From the NCBI GenBank assembly GCA_963719495.1, contig CAVRCI010000013.1, positions 640,001-704,000 of the forward strand: a stretch of 64,000 nt of DNA, read 5' to 3'. Shown in pieces: positions 21,581-31,731 of the stretch. Both the position numbers and the translations under genes were made by a program. The notes beneath the pieces are model-generated. The model saw only the letters and a list, made by a program, of their open reading frames with translations, was not told the DNA's origin and did not search any database. Source of the stretch: an uncultured Verrucomicrobiae bacterium. GTDB taxonomy: Bacteria; Verrucomicrobiota; Verrucomicrobiia; Chthoniobacterales; JAATET01. The first letter of the stretch is position 1; every line of letters begins with the position of its first letter.

Positions 21581-22266
21581 ATGAAAAAATCCCTCCTCAT
21601 CTTGCTAGCCGCCGTCCTCGGTTGGTTCGTCGTGTCCGAGGCGGCTACCGAGGCTTGGTATCGTTGGCACGAGATGCGGGCCGAGAAGTCGCCCGAATGG
21701 TCGGTCACCTGGCCGGACGAACCCGAGTCCGACTGGATGGTGGAGGATTTCACGGAGTTTCCGACCTCCGATCAGGTGCAGGAAGTTCTGCGCTACGACG
21801 AAATGCGCGGTGCGCGCTGGGTTGATCCCGCGTCCCGGGTCGCGTGGAACGTCAACTTCATTGAATGGGAGCCGGATAAGGATCTCAACGGCATCAATGC
21901 CGTTCACAATCCGACGATTTGTCTGCCGAGTGCTGGAATGCAGTTAGTGAAGACACTGGGAGAACGGACCATCGAGGTCGGCGGCCAGTCGATCTCCTTC
22001 CAATGCTTCATTTTCGAGACCCAGGGCCGCCAACTCTACGTCTTCTCCGCCGCCAATCAGGAGTTGAAATTGAAACCGCGGACATCGCCGACTGAATCGG
22101 GCGGCTCAATCGACTGGATACCGTGAATTCCGCCAACCGCCAGGGACCGCGTCAGGTGATGCACATTTACCTGATGGGCCGGCGCAGCTTTGACGCCGCG
22201 CTGGCTGAGTTGCAGCGCGGGTTCGAGAAAATAGTGGAAACGCAGCCCGCCGGGAAGAACGCGTAG
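21581..22266 (+). pseudogene. Exosortase-associated EpsI-like domain, copy 2 (frameshift/stop near 22050-22095)
   Basis: Continues in another frame as RLNRLDTV...RQVMHIYLMG...KNA*. Confidence 0.65.
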
Positions 22267-22557
22267 GGAACTGGCGAGAGCACGTCGGGGGCGGCAGGGA
22301 GCCGAAGATCGCGGGAATCGATCGAGATAGATTGGAGCAAAGTGACTGCCGCGAAGCGGTGACGGGTTGGGCAAGCCCGGAATCAACGGGAGGCGACAGA
22401 CGCAAAGAAAGCAAAGTTCGAATGCTCCAGTAGCGGCGACATCCTGCCGCCGAAGTCACCCCGAAAACATGGTAGGGCGGTCCGCTCCGCACCCGCCGAC
22501 TTTCCCGCGTCTCACTCCCAAATGTGTCAATATGAACGACCGACCCCTTTTCCCGGT

Positions 22558-23004
22558 AAGATCGAGCGCCTTGGACTCGTTTCGACATTGGCTCCTTCAT
22601 TCACGATTCCAGCGGCTGTCTCGTCTGAAATTTTAGCAGGCCCGGATGGTGATCCCGCTAAGGTTTGGCTGGAAAGCGAAGGCACCTCGATCCACGTAAC
22701 GGGACCGGTCCAGTCCCAATGGAAATCCTCGCTTGGGACCTCGCGTGCCGGTGAAAGCACCGTTCTCGCGCTCGGTCTGTCGACGAAACGATTCGACGTG
22801 CGTTCTTGATGATCTTGCCGCCCGCCTCTGTGCCGAGGTTTACCAAGTCTCCACCTTGGCACGCTCAGGATTCTCCTCAAAGCGAAACAGACGGGTCTCA
22901 TCCCTTACGTTCGACCGGAGATTGACCGCTTGCTCACCGTGGATCGCAATCTCGCCCCGGGGGTCGTCCACAAGGCACTCTCACTGTCCGGCGAGTCATC
23001 CTGA
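22558..23004 (+). pseudogene. Degraded, 5'-truncated DUF3368 PIN gene
   Basis: IPAAVSSEI, AGESTVL, LDDLAARLCA, LGTLRILLKAK across frames. Confidence 0.7.
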
Positions 23005-23064
23005 CCCCAGACGACCGAGAATCGCGTTCCCCTCGTCACCCGCCACCAACCGCAATGTGTCAAT

Positions 23065-23370
23065 ATGAATGACCGACCCCTTTCCGAAAAGATCGACCAA
23101 AGTCTCGATGGAGAAGACATCGATCTGGCTCTTCTTCCCGTCAACGAACGGAACGTCTTCCGAGATCGACAGTGCATTGTTGGGAACATGACTTTGCGCG
23201 AGGCATTTCAAATGGCGACGGATCTTGGAGTGAAGACGCTGGTGCCGACTCACTGGGACTTGTTTGCACCCAACGGCGTGGACCGACGTGAGATAGAGTT
23301 CCACTACGCGCTGAGTCCGCGAGCTTTTCATCTCGAGATCGTCGAGTGCGGCGATAAGTTACCACTCTGA
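23065..23370 (+). pseudogene. C-terminal fragment of an MBL-fold metallohydrolase
   Basis: DLALLPVN...GNMT..EA...VPTHWDLF; the ATG comes from the repeat motif. Confidence 0.75.
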
Positions 23371-24266
23371 TGCGACCGCGGCTCCAGTGTTCGATCATTA
23401 TCCGAACACTCAACGAGGCCCGCTATCTGGGCGACCTGCTCACCGGGATTTCGGAGCAGACCTATCCGGCGTCGTGCCGGGAAGTGATCATTGTCGATTC
23501 CGGTTCGACGGACGGAACACTGGAGATCGCTAGCAAAGCCGGTTGCCGAATTCTCACGATTCCACGCGAAGAGTTCTCTTTTGGACGCTCCCTGAATCTT
23601 GGCTGCGACGCCGCGGATGGCGAAATCCTCGTCTTCACCAGTGGACACTGCGTCCCCTGCGATCGGGACTGGCTTTGGGAATTGGTCCGCCCCCTGCAGG
23701 AGGATCGGGTCGCCGTCACCTATGGGCGCCAAATCGGCGGTCCCGAAAGCAAGTTTAGTGAGCACCTGCTTTTTGAAAAATATTTCCCCGCTTCCGGCGC
23801 AGGTGAACACCAGGCTCCCTATTTCTGTAACAATGCGAACTCAGCCTTCAAGCGCGCGGCCTGGGCGGAAAAGCGTTTCGACGAGGACCTGACCGGCCTG
23901 GAAGACATGCATCTGGCCAGGCAACTGGTGGAAACTGGCTGGGAAACCGTCTATGTGCCCACGGCGGCAGTGCTCCACTACCACCACGAGTCGTGGTCGC
24001 AGATCCGGCGGCGATACGCGCGCGAGGCCATCGCACTCCAGAAGATCATGCCGGAGGTGCACGTTTACTGGCACGACGCGTTGCGATACTTCCTTGCCGG
24101 GGTGATGGGCGATGCGGCCTCCGCGATTGCGAAGAAGCAGTTCCTCAGACAGTGGGCAGATATCCTCACGTTTCGCGCCAGCCAGTATTTCGGGGTCTGG
24201 CGGGGAAATCACCAACACCGTCAGCTCTCTCGACGGGAAAAAGAGCGGTATTTCTTTCCCAAGTAA
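23370..24266 (+). CDS. Glycosyltransferase family 2
   Basis: IIIRTLNE, VDSGSTDGT, GLED. Confidence 0.9.
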   Translation: MRPRLQCSIIIRTLNEARYLGDLLTGISEQTYPASCREVIIVDSGSTDGTLEIASKAGCRILTIPREEFSFGRSLNLGCDAADGEILVFTSGHCVPCDRDWLWELVRPLQEDRVAVTYGRQIGGPESKFSEHLLFEKYFPASGAGEHQAPYFCNNANSAFKRAAWAEKRFDEDLTGLEDMHLARQLVETGWETVYVPTAAVLHYHHESWSQIRRRYAREAIALQKIMPEVHVYWHDALRYFLAGVMGDAASAIAKKQFLRQWADILTFRASQYFGVWRGNHQHRQLSRREKERYFFPK

Positions 24267-24279
24267 GTCATCCATTTCC

Positions 24280-24993
24280 ATGAGCGAATATCGATCCATT
24301 GCCCTTCTTCCGATGAAGGCCCACAGCGCCCGCGTGTCGGGGAAAAATTTCCGCCCCTTCGCGGGAAAACCCCTCTTCCGTTGGATTCTCGACACGCTGC
24401 TCGACGTCGCGGAGATCGATGCGGTCGTCATCAATACCGATGCCCGGGACATCCTTGCGGACAATGGACTCGTCGAGACGGATCGCATCCGCATCCGCGA
24501 CCGCAAGCCCGAGATCTGTGGAGATTTCGTGAGTATGAATCTTGTCCTGGCTGACGACATCGAGAATGTCGCTGCCGAAACCTACCTGATGACGCACACG
24601 ACGAATCCGCTCCTGAGTGCGGCGACGATTCGCGCTGCGCTGGTGGCTTACGAAGAAGCGAAGACCTCGGGGAGTCACGACAGTCTCTTCCTCGTGAATA
24701 AATATCAGACGCGCTTCTACCGGGCCGACGCCAGGCCGATCAATCACGACCCGGACAATCTCATCCGCACCCAGGATCTCGAGCCGTGGTTCGAGGAAAA
24801 CTCGAATCTCTACATCTTCAATCGCGAGAGTTTCGCTGCGACTGGTGCCCGGATCGGCCGCCGCCCGATGCTTTTTGAAACACCCCGGTCCGAATCCGCC
24901 GATATCGACGATCAGGAGGGCTGGAATATTGCCGAGCGACTTGCGCTGACCAGTGGAACCGGGCTGCCTACAGCCAAGTCGGGCTCCCTTTAA
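24280..24993 (+). CDS. Acylneuraminate cytidylyltransferase family protein
   Basis: PMKAHSARVSGKNFRPFAGKPL, TNPLL, DIDD. Confidence 0.88.
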   Translation: MSEYRSIALLPMKAHSARVSGKNFRPFAGKPLFRWILDTLLDVAEIDAVVINTDARDILADNGLVETDRIRIRDRKPEICGDFVSMNLVLADDIENVAAETYLMTHTTNPLLSAATIRAALVAYEEAKTSGSHDSLFLVNKYQTRFYRADARPINHDPDNLIRTQDLEPWFEENSNLYIFNRESFAATGARIGRRPMLFETPRSESADIDDQEGWNIAERLALTSGTGLPTAKSGSL

Positions 24994-24996
24994 CTT

Positions 24997-25950
24997 ATGA
25001 AAGTTCTCATTACCTGCCCGCCCATGCTTCGGGCCTTCGATCGATTCCGATCACGCTTTGCTGAGCTCGGTCTGGAGCCGACGACCCCGGAGGTCACACA
25101 GATCGTGCCCGAGAGCGAATTGATCGAGCTCGTCCCCGAGTTCGATGGTTGGATCATTGGAGACGATCCCGCGACGGTAGCCGTCTTCGAGGCGGGAAAG
25201 GCAGGGCGGTTGAAGGCCGCTGTGAAGTGGGGTGTCGGCACGGACAATGTGGATTTTGCGGCTTGCCAACGGCTTAGTCTTCCCGTGAATAACACGCCGG
25301 GCATGTTCGGCCGCGAAGTGGCCGATGTCGCGATGGGCTACGTGATCGCGCTTGCTCGGGAGACCTTTGGGATCCACGCGGGGATCCGAAATGGGGAGTG
25401 GTCGAAACCCGCCGGCATTTCGTTGGCCGGTAAGACCGTCGCGCTGGTGGGTTTCGGCGATATCGGGCGCAATGTCGCCCGGCGGCTCCTCGCTTCGGAA
25501 ATGAACGTGATTGCCTACGATCCCTTCTTCGCACCTGCTCCCGGCCTGGAGACTGTGAATTCCGCAGCGTGGCCAGCCCGATTGGAAGAGGCCGATTTCG
25601 TTGTCCTGACGTGCGCGTTGACTCCGGAGAACCGCCATCTCCTGAATCCCGATGCGTTTGCTCGGACGAAGCCGGGTCTGCGAGTGGTGAACGTGGCGCG
25701 GGGTCCCTTGATCGACGAGGCGGCCCTCATCGAAGCGCTAGGGAGCGGCCAGGTGCACAGTGCGGCGCTCGATGTTTTCGAGAGTGAGCCTCTGCCGGGC
25801 GACTCTCCGCTTCGCGAGTTCGAGCGCTGCATCTTCGGATCGCACAATGGATCGAACACCATTGACGCGGTGGTCCGGACGAGCGAACGAGCGATGACGC
25901 TGATGGACGAGTTCCTTCGCGGCGATCTCACCAATTCGAGAAAATCATGA
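24997..25950 (+). CDS. D-2-hydroxyacid (phosphoglycerate-like) dehydrogenase
   Basis: GFGDIG, NVARGPLIDE, LDVFE.EP. Confidence 0.9.
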   Translation: MKVLITCPPMLRAFDRFRSRFAELGLEPTTPEVTQIVPESELIELVPEFDGWIIGDDPATVAVFEAGKAGRLKAAVKWGVGTDNVDFAACQRLSLPVNNTPGMFGREVADVAMGYVIALARETFGIHAGIRNGEWSKPAGISLAGKTVALVGFGDIGRNVARRLLASEMNVIAYDPFFAPAPGLETVNSAAWPARLEEADFVVLTCALTPENRHLLNPDAFARTKPGLRVVNVARGPLIDEAALIEALGSGQVHSAALDVFESEPLPGDSPLREFERCIFGSHNGSNTIDAVVRTSERAMTLMDEFLRGDLTNSRKS

Positions 25951-26681
25951 AGATTGCGTTGATCACCGGAGCCCTCGGAGGCATCGGCACCTCCCTCTGC
26001 GAGGAGTTTCGCCGGGCGGGCTATTTCGTCATCGGCACCGACAAGCGCGACAGCGACGGTGCCAGCGACGCCTTTCTGAATCTCGACATCCGCGACCTCT
26101 ACCTGCAGGAAGCCGCGCGCGTGGAGACGGTCGGCACGATCCGCGAGATTCTCGGGGATCATGGACTGACCGTGCTGGTGAACAACGCGGCCGCCCAAAA
26201 GCTCAACCGCACCGACGATATTTCCATCGCAGATTGGGACGAAACGCTCCAAACGAACCTAATTGCGCCGTTCCTGCTCGCGCAGCTCCTGCTCCCCGAT
26301 CTGGAAAAAGCCAAGGGCTCAGTAATCAATATTGCCAGCATCCACGCTCAGGCGACGAAACCTGGCTTTGTGTGCTACGCGACGAGCAAGGCCGCTCTCG
26401 TTGGAATGACGCGAGCGATGGCCGTCGATCTCGGGCCCCGCGTCCGGGTCAATGCCATCAGCCCTGCCGCGACCGCCACGCCGATGCTGCTGGCTGGTTT
26501 CGAGGGCAAGTCGGCGGAGTTCGACGAGCTTGCCAGGAAGCATCCGCTGGAGAGGATCGCGCAACCCTGGGAAGTATCAAAAACAGCTTTGTTCCTTGCG
26601 TCGCCGGACGCCGCGTTTATCACCGGGGCAGCAATCAGCATCGATGGCGGGATCGGTGGACGATTGCATGATCCTGTATAG
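25947..26681 (+). CDS. SDR oxidoreductase
   Basis: TGALGGIG, NNAA, YATSK. Confidence 0.9.
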   Translation: MKIALITGALGGIGTSLCEEFRRAGYFVIGTDKRDSDGASDAFLNLDIRDLYLQEAARVETVGTIREILGDHGLTVLVNNAAAQKLNRTDDISIADWDETLQTNLIAPFLLAQLLLPDLEKAKGSVINIASIHAQATKPGFVCYATSKAALVGMTRAMAVDLGPRVRVNAISPAATATPMLLAGFEGKSAEFDELARKHPLERIAQPWEVSKTALFLASPDAAFITGAAISIDGGIGGRLHDPV

Positions 26682-26745
26682 AAGTCGGGACCAAATTGGC
26701 CGACGGCTTCTGGCAATTCCCCAAGAAATAAAACTATTCCATGAT

Positions 26746-27516
26746 ATGAACGCTGGCATCAAACATACGCTCAAAAATATCGCATATGCGCTGCTGTTTC
26801 CGCTGTTCAGCGCGATTGACCGTAGGTTTGGATTCACGATCTTCGCGCCGACGTCTAAGGGCTGGGTGGCCCGCACCCGCGGCGTTTCTTTTCCTGTTAA
26901 GGAGCCAAGCGTGCCGGCCTTGGAATACTTCCGTCATTTTGCGCCGAAGCGAGGAGATGTAGTATTTGACGTTGGCGGAGAATTAGGGTTAGAGGCTCGT
27001 CAATTTTCTGAAATCGTCGGTCCTGAGGGAAGAGTCTTTACCTTCGAATGTTTTCCTCAACATATTTTAAGACTCAAAGAGATTGCATCTGTTCGCTCGA
27101 ACGTGACCGTGGTAGAACGAGCTTGTTGGAATCAAAAACAGGAATTGGAGTTTTTCACCGGCCATACGGATGGCAGCAATACTGCCGTTCCGACAGCCAA
27201 GGGGCACCGTGGGCAAGAACTCGCGGACACCACGAGGAGCCGAATCGTTGTCCAGACTGAGACACTCGATGCCATGTGGGCGCAGATCTGCGGAGAATCT
27301 CCCGTTGATTTCCTCAAGATGGATATCGAGGGAGCGGAGTATGAGGCCTTGGAAGGCGCGGAGCGAATGTTAATGCACACGAAAAAGGCGGTGATTGCGG
27401 CTTATCATATCCGGGACGGGATACCCACGGCATGGCGAGTCGCCGCGCAATTAGAGAAATGTGGATTCAAAGTTCGGGTGGACGACAACAATCACGTTTA
27501 CGCCCACCGGGGATAG
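26746..27516 (+). CDS. FkbM family methyltransferase
   Basis: FDVGG, LKMDIEGAE; start could be 26668. Confidence 0.85.
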   Translation: MNAGIKHTLKNIAYALLFPLFSAIDRRFGFTIFAPTSKGWVARTRGVSFPVKEPSVPALEYFRHFAPKRGDVVFDVGGELGLEARQFSEIVGPEGRVFTFECFPQHILRLKEIASVRSNVTVVERACWNQKQELEFFTGHTDGSNTAVPTAKGHRGQELADTTRSRIVVQTETLDAMWAQICGESPVDFLKMDIEGAEYEALEGAERMLMHTKKAVIAAYHIRDGIPTAWRVAAQLEKCGFKVRVDDNNHVYAHRG

Positions 27517-27703
27517 TTTGCGATTGCACCGTCAGTGTGTCGCAAACGTCCTGCGCGCCCGTATATTTTCCGCGGATTGAGTTCGCGCCGATCTGGCGGA
27601 AATTGCTGTGCACCTGTTCGTCGAAGAGCCTGAAAGAGTTCAATTGCCACTGCTGGGGAAGCGGACGTTCTAAGCCCTATTTTGTTTGTTTGATGCAGAA
27701 ATT

Positions 27704-28582
27704 ATGGTAATTCAAATCAAAAAGCTCGTGAAATCGCTGTTTTATCCTAGAGGGAACCGGCTATTGAAAATAGGCAATATCAATCTCAAGGTAAACATGG
27801 GGGACGAAGGAGGTCGAAAATATATGGGCAGGAGCTCCTTCGAAGAGCTGAACAGTCAGCTGTATCCGATGCTGGCCGCCAAGTTAAGTCCGAATCTCGT
27901 CGTTGATGTTGGTGCCAATTATGGGTTTACAGGACTTATCTTTAATAAGTATTTCCCCGGGGCAGAACTGGTATTGATTGAGCCTTCTCCCAATCTTTGC
28001 CCCTATATCAGGCAGAACCTGGTCGCCGCCGGCCGGAAAGACTTCGAGTTGATCGAGGCAATCTGTGGTGCCGAGAAGTCTGCCGAAGCATCTTTTTCAC
28101 TGAATCCAGACAGCAGTCAGGATAACAGAGTGGAAGGCTGCAAGGGGTGGCGCAGGGTTTCAGTGAAAAGTGTTACATTGGGTTCCGTGCTCGAAAAGAA
28201 AGCAAATATTGCAGACAGAATCTTTATCAAGATCGATACACAAGGATACGAAACACATGTGGTCAAAGGGGCGCTCGATTTTTTAATCAGGTCGAACAAC
28301 TGGTTTATCAAAATGGAATTTGCGCCAAACTGGATTGTCAGTCAAAATAATGATCCGGTGGAATTTCTTGCTATGCTTGTCGAGCGATTCGATGTCGTGG
28401 AATCCCCGGTAAGACTGAGATTCCAAAGGGACTCATTGGCGGATATTTTATCGAAACCTCTGAAGTTGTCGGAAGTAGAGGCATTTGTGAAACATGTGAC
28501 TTCGCTCAGTGATCGGGGCTTGGGCTGGGTCGATCTCTACGTCGCCCCCAGGGGAGGTGATTTGTTGCGCGAAGACATATGA
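27704..28582 (+). CDS. FkbM family methyltransferase
   Basis: DVGANYG, IEPS, IKIDTQGYE. Confidence 0.85.
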   Translation: MVIQIKKLVKSLFYPRGNRLLKIGNINLKVNMGDEGGRKYMGRSSFEELNSQLYPMLAAKLSPNLVVDVGANYGFTGLIFNKYFPGAELVLIEPSPNLCPYIRQNLVAAGRKDFELIEAICGAEKSAEASFSLNPDSSQDNRVEGCKGWRRVSVKSVTLGSVLEKKANIADRIFIKIDTQGYETHVVKGALDFLIRSNNWFIKMEFAPNWIVSQNNDPVEFLAMLVERFDVVESPVRLRFQRDSLADILSKPLKLSEVEAFVKHVTSLSDRGLGWVDLYVAPRGGDLLREDI

Positions 28583-28673
28583 ATTGCGACTGGTCGATGG
28601 AATCCTGCGGGCCACGTATTGTTAGCGTTACTCGTTTTTGCAGTTCGGCTAGTCGCCCACCTGCAATCGCCGA

Positions 28674-30146
28674 TTGAGGCTCTGGCCGAAGATGATCGAT
28701 GTCATCAGTCACGGACGGAGGATATGGAATTCACCCACGCTCACCAGCTGGATCAGCCTGGGCGCGCAGTCTCTCGGGCTCGTGCTAGTGACGCCCCTTG
28801 TCCTAGCGAGATTGACAGACAGGGAAATCACGATCTGGTACGTGCTTTCGAGTATTTTTGCGCTTCAGATCATATTTCGGTTCGGCTTCACCGCGACCTT
28901 CAATAGATATGTGGGGTATGCGAATGCTGGGAAACGGCTGACCGACACGACCGACGCCGACGTTTCCTCTTCCGCCGGATCCCCCGTTCCTGACGATGCC
29001 GCTTTTAAGCGGGACTTCGCATTGGGGGAAATATGCGCCGCCATGCGGTGGGTCTTTCTCAGATTGACGATTCTCACGGTCGTCGTATTGGGCGTTGCGG
29101 GGACCACCCTCCTCGTTCGCCCGATCGGGCATCTCGATCAAACATGCGCGGCATGGGTTGCGTGGTCCATAGTATATGCGAGCACGATTCTGCGCATTTA
29201 TGGCACGCTGTACGAATCCCTATTATACGGATTGGGTCACGTCGCTCTTGTCGCACGATGGCAGGCGATATTTAACATCTCCTCCATTCTGTCGCTTTTT
29301 CTTGTGCTGGTATTTCGGCCCACGCTGTTGACCATGGTTCTCGCCCAGCACGCATGGCTGGTCGTCGTTGTTATTAGAAATCGCTGGCTTTGCGGCCATA
29401 TCAGTCAGGGGCGCTTTAAGGTCTGGGTGCGAGGCCATCTGGACCGGGCCGTTCTCACGGAAGTCTGGCGGCCATCGTGGCGAAGCGGCCTGGGGCAGTT
29501 GATGGTCGAGGCGCCAAAACAAGGGATCGGCCTCGTTTACGCGCAGTTCGCCAGCCCTCCGGCGGCTGCATCCTTCCTTCTTGGATTAAAGCTTTTCCAG
29601 GCTTTGGACCAATTTTCCATGACGCCGTTCTACACGAAAATCCCCCTTCTCAACCGCCTCTATGCCCAGGACGACAAGGTGGCGCTGGTTCGCTTGGCGC
29701 AGCGCGGAATGGTGGTTTCCCTTTGGACCTTCGTGATTGGATTTTCGATACTGGCCATAATTGGTCCCTTTGGCCTGTCGTGGTTGGGTGCCAAGGTCAC
29801 CCTCCCCCCTCCGGAAATCGTTGCCGTGTTGGGTGCCGCCTATTTTATGCTGCGCTTTGGGGCCATGCACCTCCAATTGTATTCGACGACAAATCATATC
29901 GTCTGGCATATCGCAGGGTTTTTGCTCGCCGTGGGAAGCATCGTTCCGATTATTGCCTTCTCCGGTTGGGAAAGCGCGTGGGTTCTTTCAATAGGCCTCC
30001 TGGTGGGGTCCTTTTGCTATATGAGTTATACGACCTTCCTGTCGCACCGGGTCTATGAACTTGGAGGATTCTCGTTCGAAAAAACTGTGTCATTTCCGGC
30101 CTTGATCGCTTTCGTCGTATCCGCGGTATCAAGTCTTTTCATTTAA
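28674..30146 (+). CDS. Wzx-like polysaccharide flippase
   Basis: About 490 aa multi-TM protein in glycan cluster. Confidence 0.7.
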   Translation: MRLWPKMIDVISHGRRIWNSPTLTSWISLGAQSLGLVLVTPLVLARLTDREITIWYVLSSIFALQIIFRFGFTATFNRYVGYANAGKRLTDTTDADVSSSAGSPVPDDAAFKRDFALGEICAAMRWVFLRLTILTVVVLGVAGTTLLVRPIGHLDQTCAAWVAWSIVYASTILRIYGTLYESLLYGLGHVALVARWQAIFNISSILSLFLVLVFRPTLLTMVLAQHAWLVVVVIRNRWLCGHISQGRFKVWVRGHLDRAVLTEVWRPSWRSGLGQLMVEAPKQGIGLVYAQFASPPAAASFLLGLKLFQALDQFSMTPFYTKIPLLNRLYAQDDKVALVRLAQRGMVVSLWTFVIGFSILAIIGPFGLSWLGAKVTLPPPEIVAVLGAAYFMLRFGAMHLQLYSTTNHIVWHIAGFLLAVGSIVPIIAFSGWESAWVLSIGLLVGSFCYMSYTTFLSHRVYELGGFSFEKTVSFPALIAFVVSAVSSLFI

Positions 30147-30156
30147 CGGAAAACCA

Positions 30157-30891
30157 ATGAAAAAAAACATCAAGAAGCTGCTAGAATACGCGGGATTAAC
30201 GCTGCATCGAAGAAATCCTAATAGTTTTGTCGAAGGCTGGGGTGAAGAAAAGTTCGAGGGGCTTCCGACATTCCAAACAATAATAGACGTGGGAGTCGGG
30301 CCCTGCACTCCGGATCTATTGAGGCGATATCCCGGCGCGAGGCATTTGTTGTTCGAGCCCATTTCGGAATTTGGATCCCTGATTGCCAAAAATTACGCGA
30401 ATGTAACACATCGGCTCTTCCCCATGGGCTGCGGAAGCACGAGTAGACGTATTTCGATTAATTTCGACCCTACATCCCCGACAAAGACATCCCTTTCGAC
30501 AAGGTCGCCTCTGACGGATTCGGGGCGGCGGACTATCGCGCGAGAGATCGAAATTGTTCGGTTGGACTCCGCTCTGACTACCGAGTCGATTCAGGGGCCG
30601 ACGCTTTTGAAAATCGATACTGAAGGCTTTGAAAAGGAGGTGATCGCTGGAGCAAGCGGCATCTTGAAGAAGATCGATGTTGTGATTGCTGAACTTACGG
30701 TAGCTCCTAGATTCACCTCCCCGCCGGCCTTCGCAGAGACTGTAAATTTACTTGCCGAAGCGGAATTCGAAATGCACTCAATATTGGGGGTCACATTTTC
30801 CCGAAAGCATTCCGCCATCGTTCATTGCGATTGTGTTTTTGTTCGCAAGTCGATTCGACATACCTTGTTTGCTTCAACGGAGTGCCCCTAG
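30157..30891 (+). CDS. FkbM family methyltransferase
   Basis: IDVGVG, FEPI, LKIDTEGFE. Confidence 0.85.
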   Translation: MKKNIKKLLEYAGLTLHRRNPNSFVEGWGEEKFEGLPTFQTIIDVGVGPCTPDLLRRYPGARHLLFEPISEFGSLIAKNYANVTHRLFPMGCGSTSRRISINFDPTSPTKTSLSTRSPLTDSGRRTIAREIEIVRLDSALTTESIQGPTLLKIDTEGFEKEVIAGASGILKKIDVVIAELTVAPRFTSPPAFAETVNLLAEAEFEMHSILGVTFSRKHSAIVHCDCVFVRKSIRHTLFASTECP

Positions 30892-31005
30892 AATTTCGGA
30901 AGTAGGCGAATCTCCTCCGAAATAAATTGGACATAGAGTGTTTCACTAAGTGCGCCAGTCACCCTAGTCTTTGTAAAAAAATAGCATCTTTATGGAAGTA
31001 GTTAT

Positions 31006-31728
31006 ATGTTAGAAAACCAGCGCAAACACACGGTTGTTGTCCTTGGAAACGGTCCTTCGGTAGACGCGTTTGATCCGCGAATTCTCGATTTTTGCAGAGT
31101 GATCGGGACCAACTCCATTTTTAGAAAATTTGAAACGTGGAAAGCTGTTTGCCAAGACGCTGTAATTACCGACGCTTACCGACTGAAAGAGATTGCGGAT
31201 AGTTATGCGGCGTTTCCGAAGGTGTGTTTACATGTCGGTAACCACAGAGCCATTCTTCCATCGAAATCCGTGACTCGGGCCTTGGTAGGCAGAGATTTCG
31301 TGCCGATCCGGCAATATGCAAGAAGGACTTTTCGCGGGAAACTGTTCGAATTTATCCAATGGCCCGATCGCCTCAGACCTCTGATTTTCAATAAGTTGCT
31401 CTATCCACTGGATCCGGAACTCGGTTTCAATTTTGGCCAGAGCGTGGTGATGTCGGCGATTGCAATCGCAGCACAAGAGTCCCCCGGGAAGATTTTACTC
31501 AGCGGAGTGGACGCACGTTATGACGGCCCCCAAAACTATTTCGGCGGCGTTAAGGTCGAATATGTGAACACTGATTTCGTCAATGACCCGAGGACATTTA
31601 TGGAGCCTTTTATGGCCATGGCCCGCGTCAGTCTAGAAAAAAGAGGAATCGAACTCGTTGATTGCACGCCTGGCGGCGCGCTTACTTCCCTGCGTAAGAG
31701 TTCTTTTCGCGTTGAGTTGGGACTGTAA
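31006..31728 (+). CDS. DUF115/MAF-like glycosyltransferase-related protein
   Basis: VLGNGPS, GTN, LSGVD, DCTPGG.L. Confidence 0.6.
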   Translation: MLENQRKHTVVVLGNGPSVDAFDPRILDFCRVIGTNSIFRKFETWKAVCQDAVITDAYRLKEIADSYAAFPKVCLHVGNHRAILPSKSVTRALVGRDFVPIRQYARRTFRGKLFEFIQWPDRLRPLIFNKLLYPLDPELGFNFGQSVVMSAIAIAAQESPGKILLSGVDARYDGPQNYFGGVKVEYVNTDFVNDPRTFMEPFMAMARVSLEKRGIELVDCTPGGALTSLRKSSFRVELGL

Positions 31729-31731
31729 TAT

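Noticed and set aside
7560..23080. Classical integron or superintegron
   Set aside because: No tyrosine recombinase in the window and no convincing RYYYAAC...GTTRRRY attC boxes by eye; a CALIN cannot be fully excluded without a covariance search
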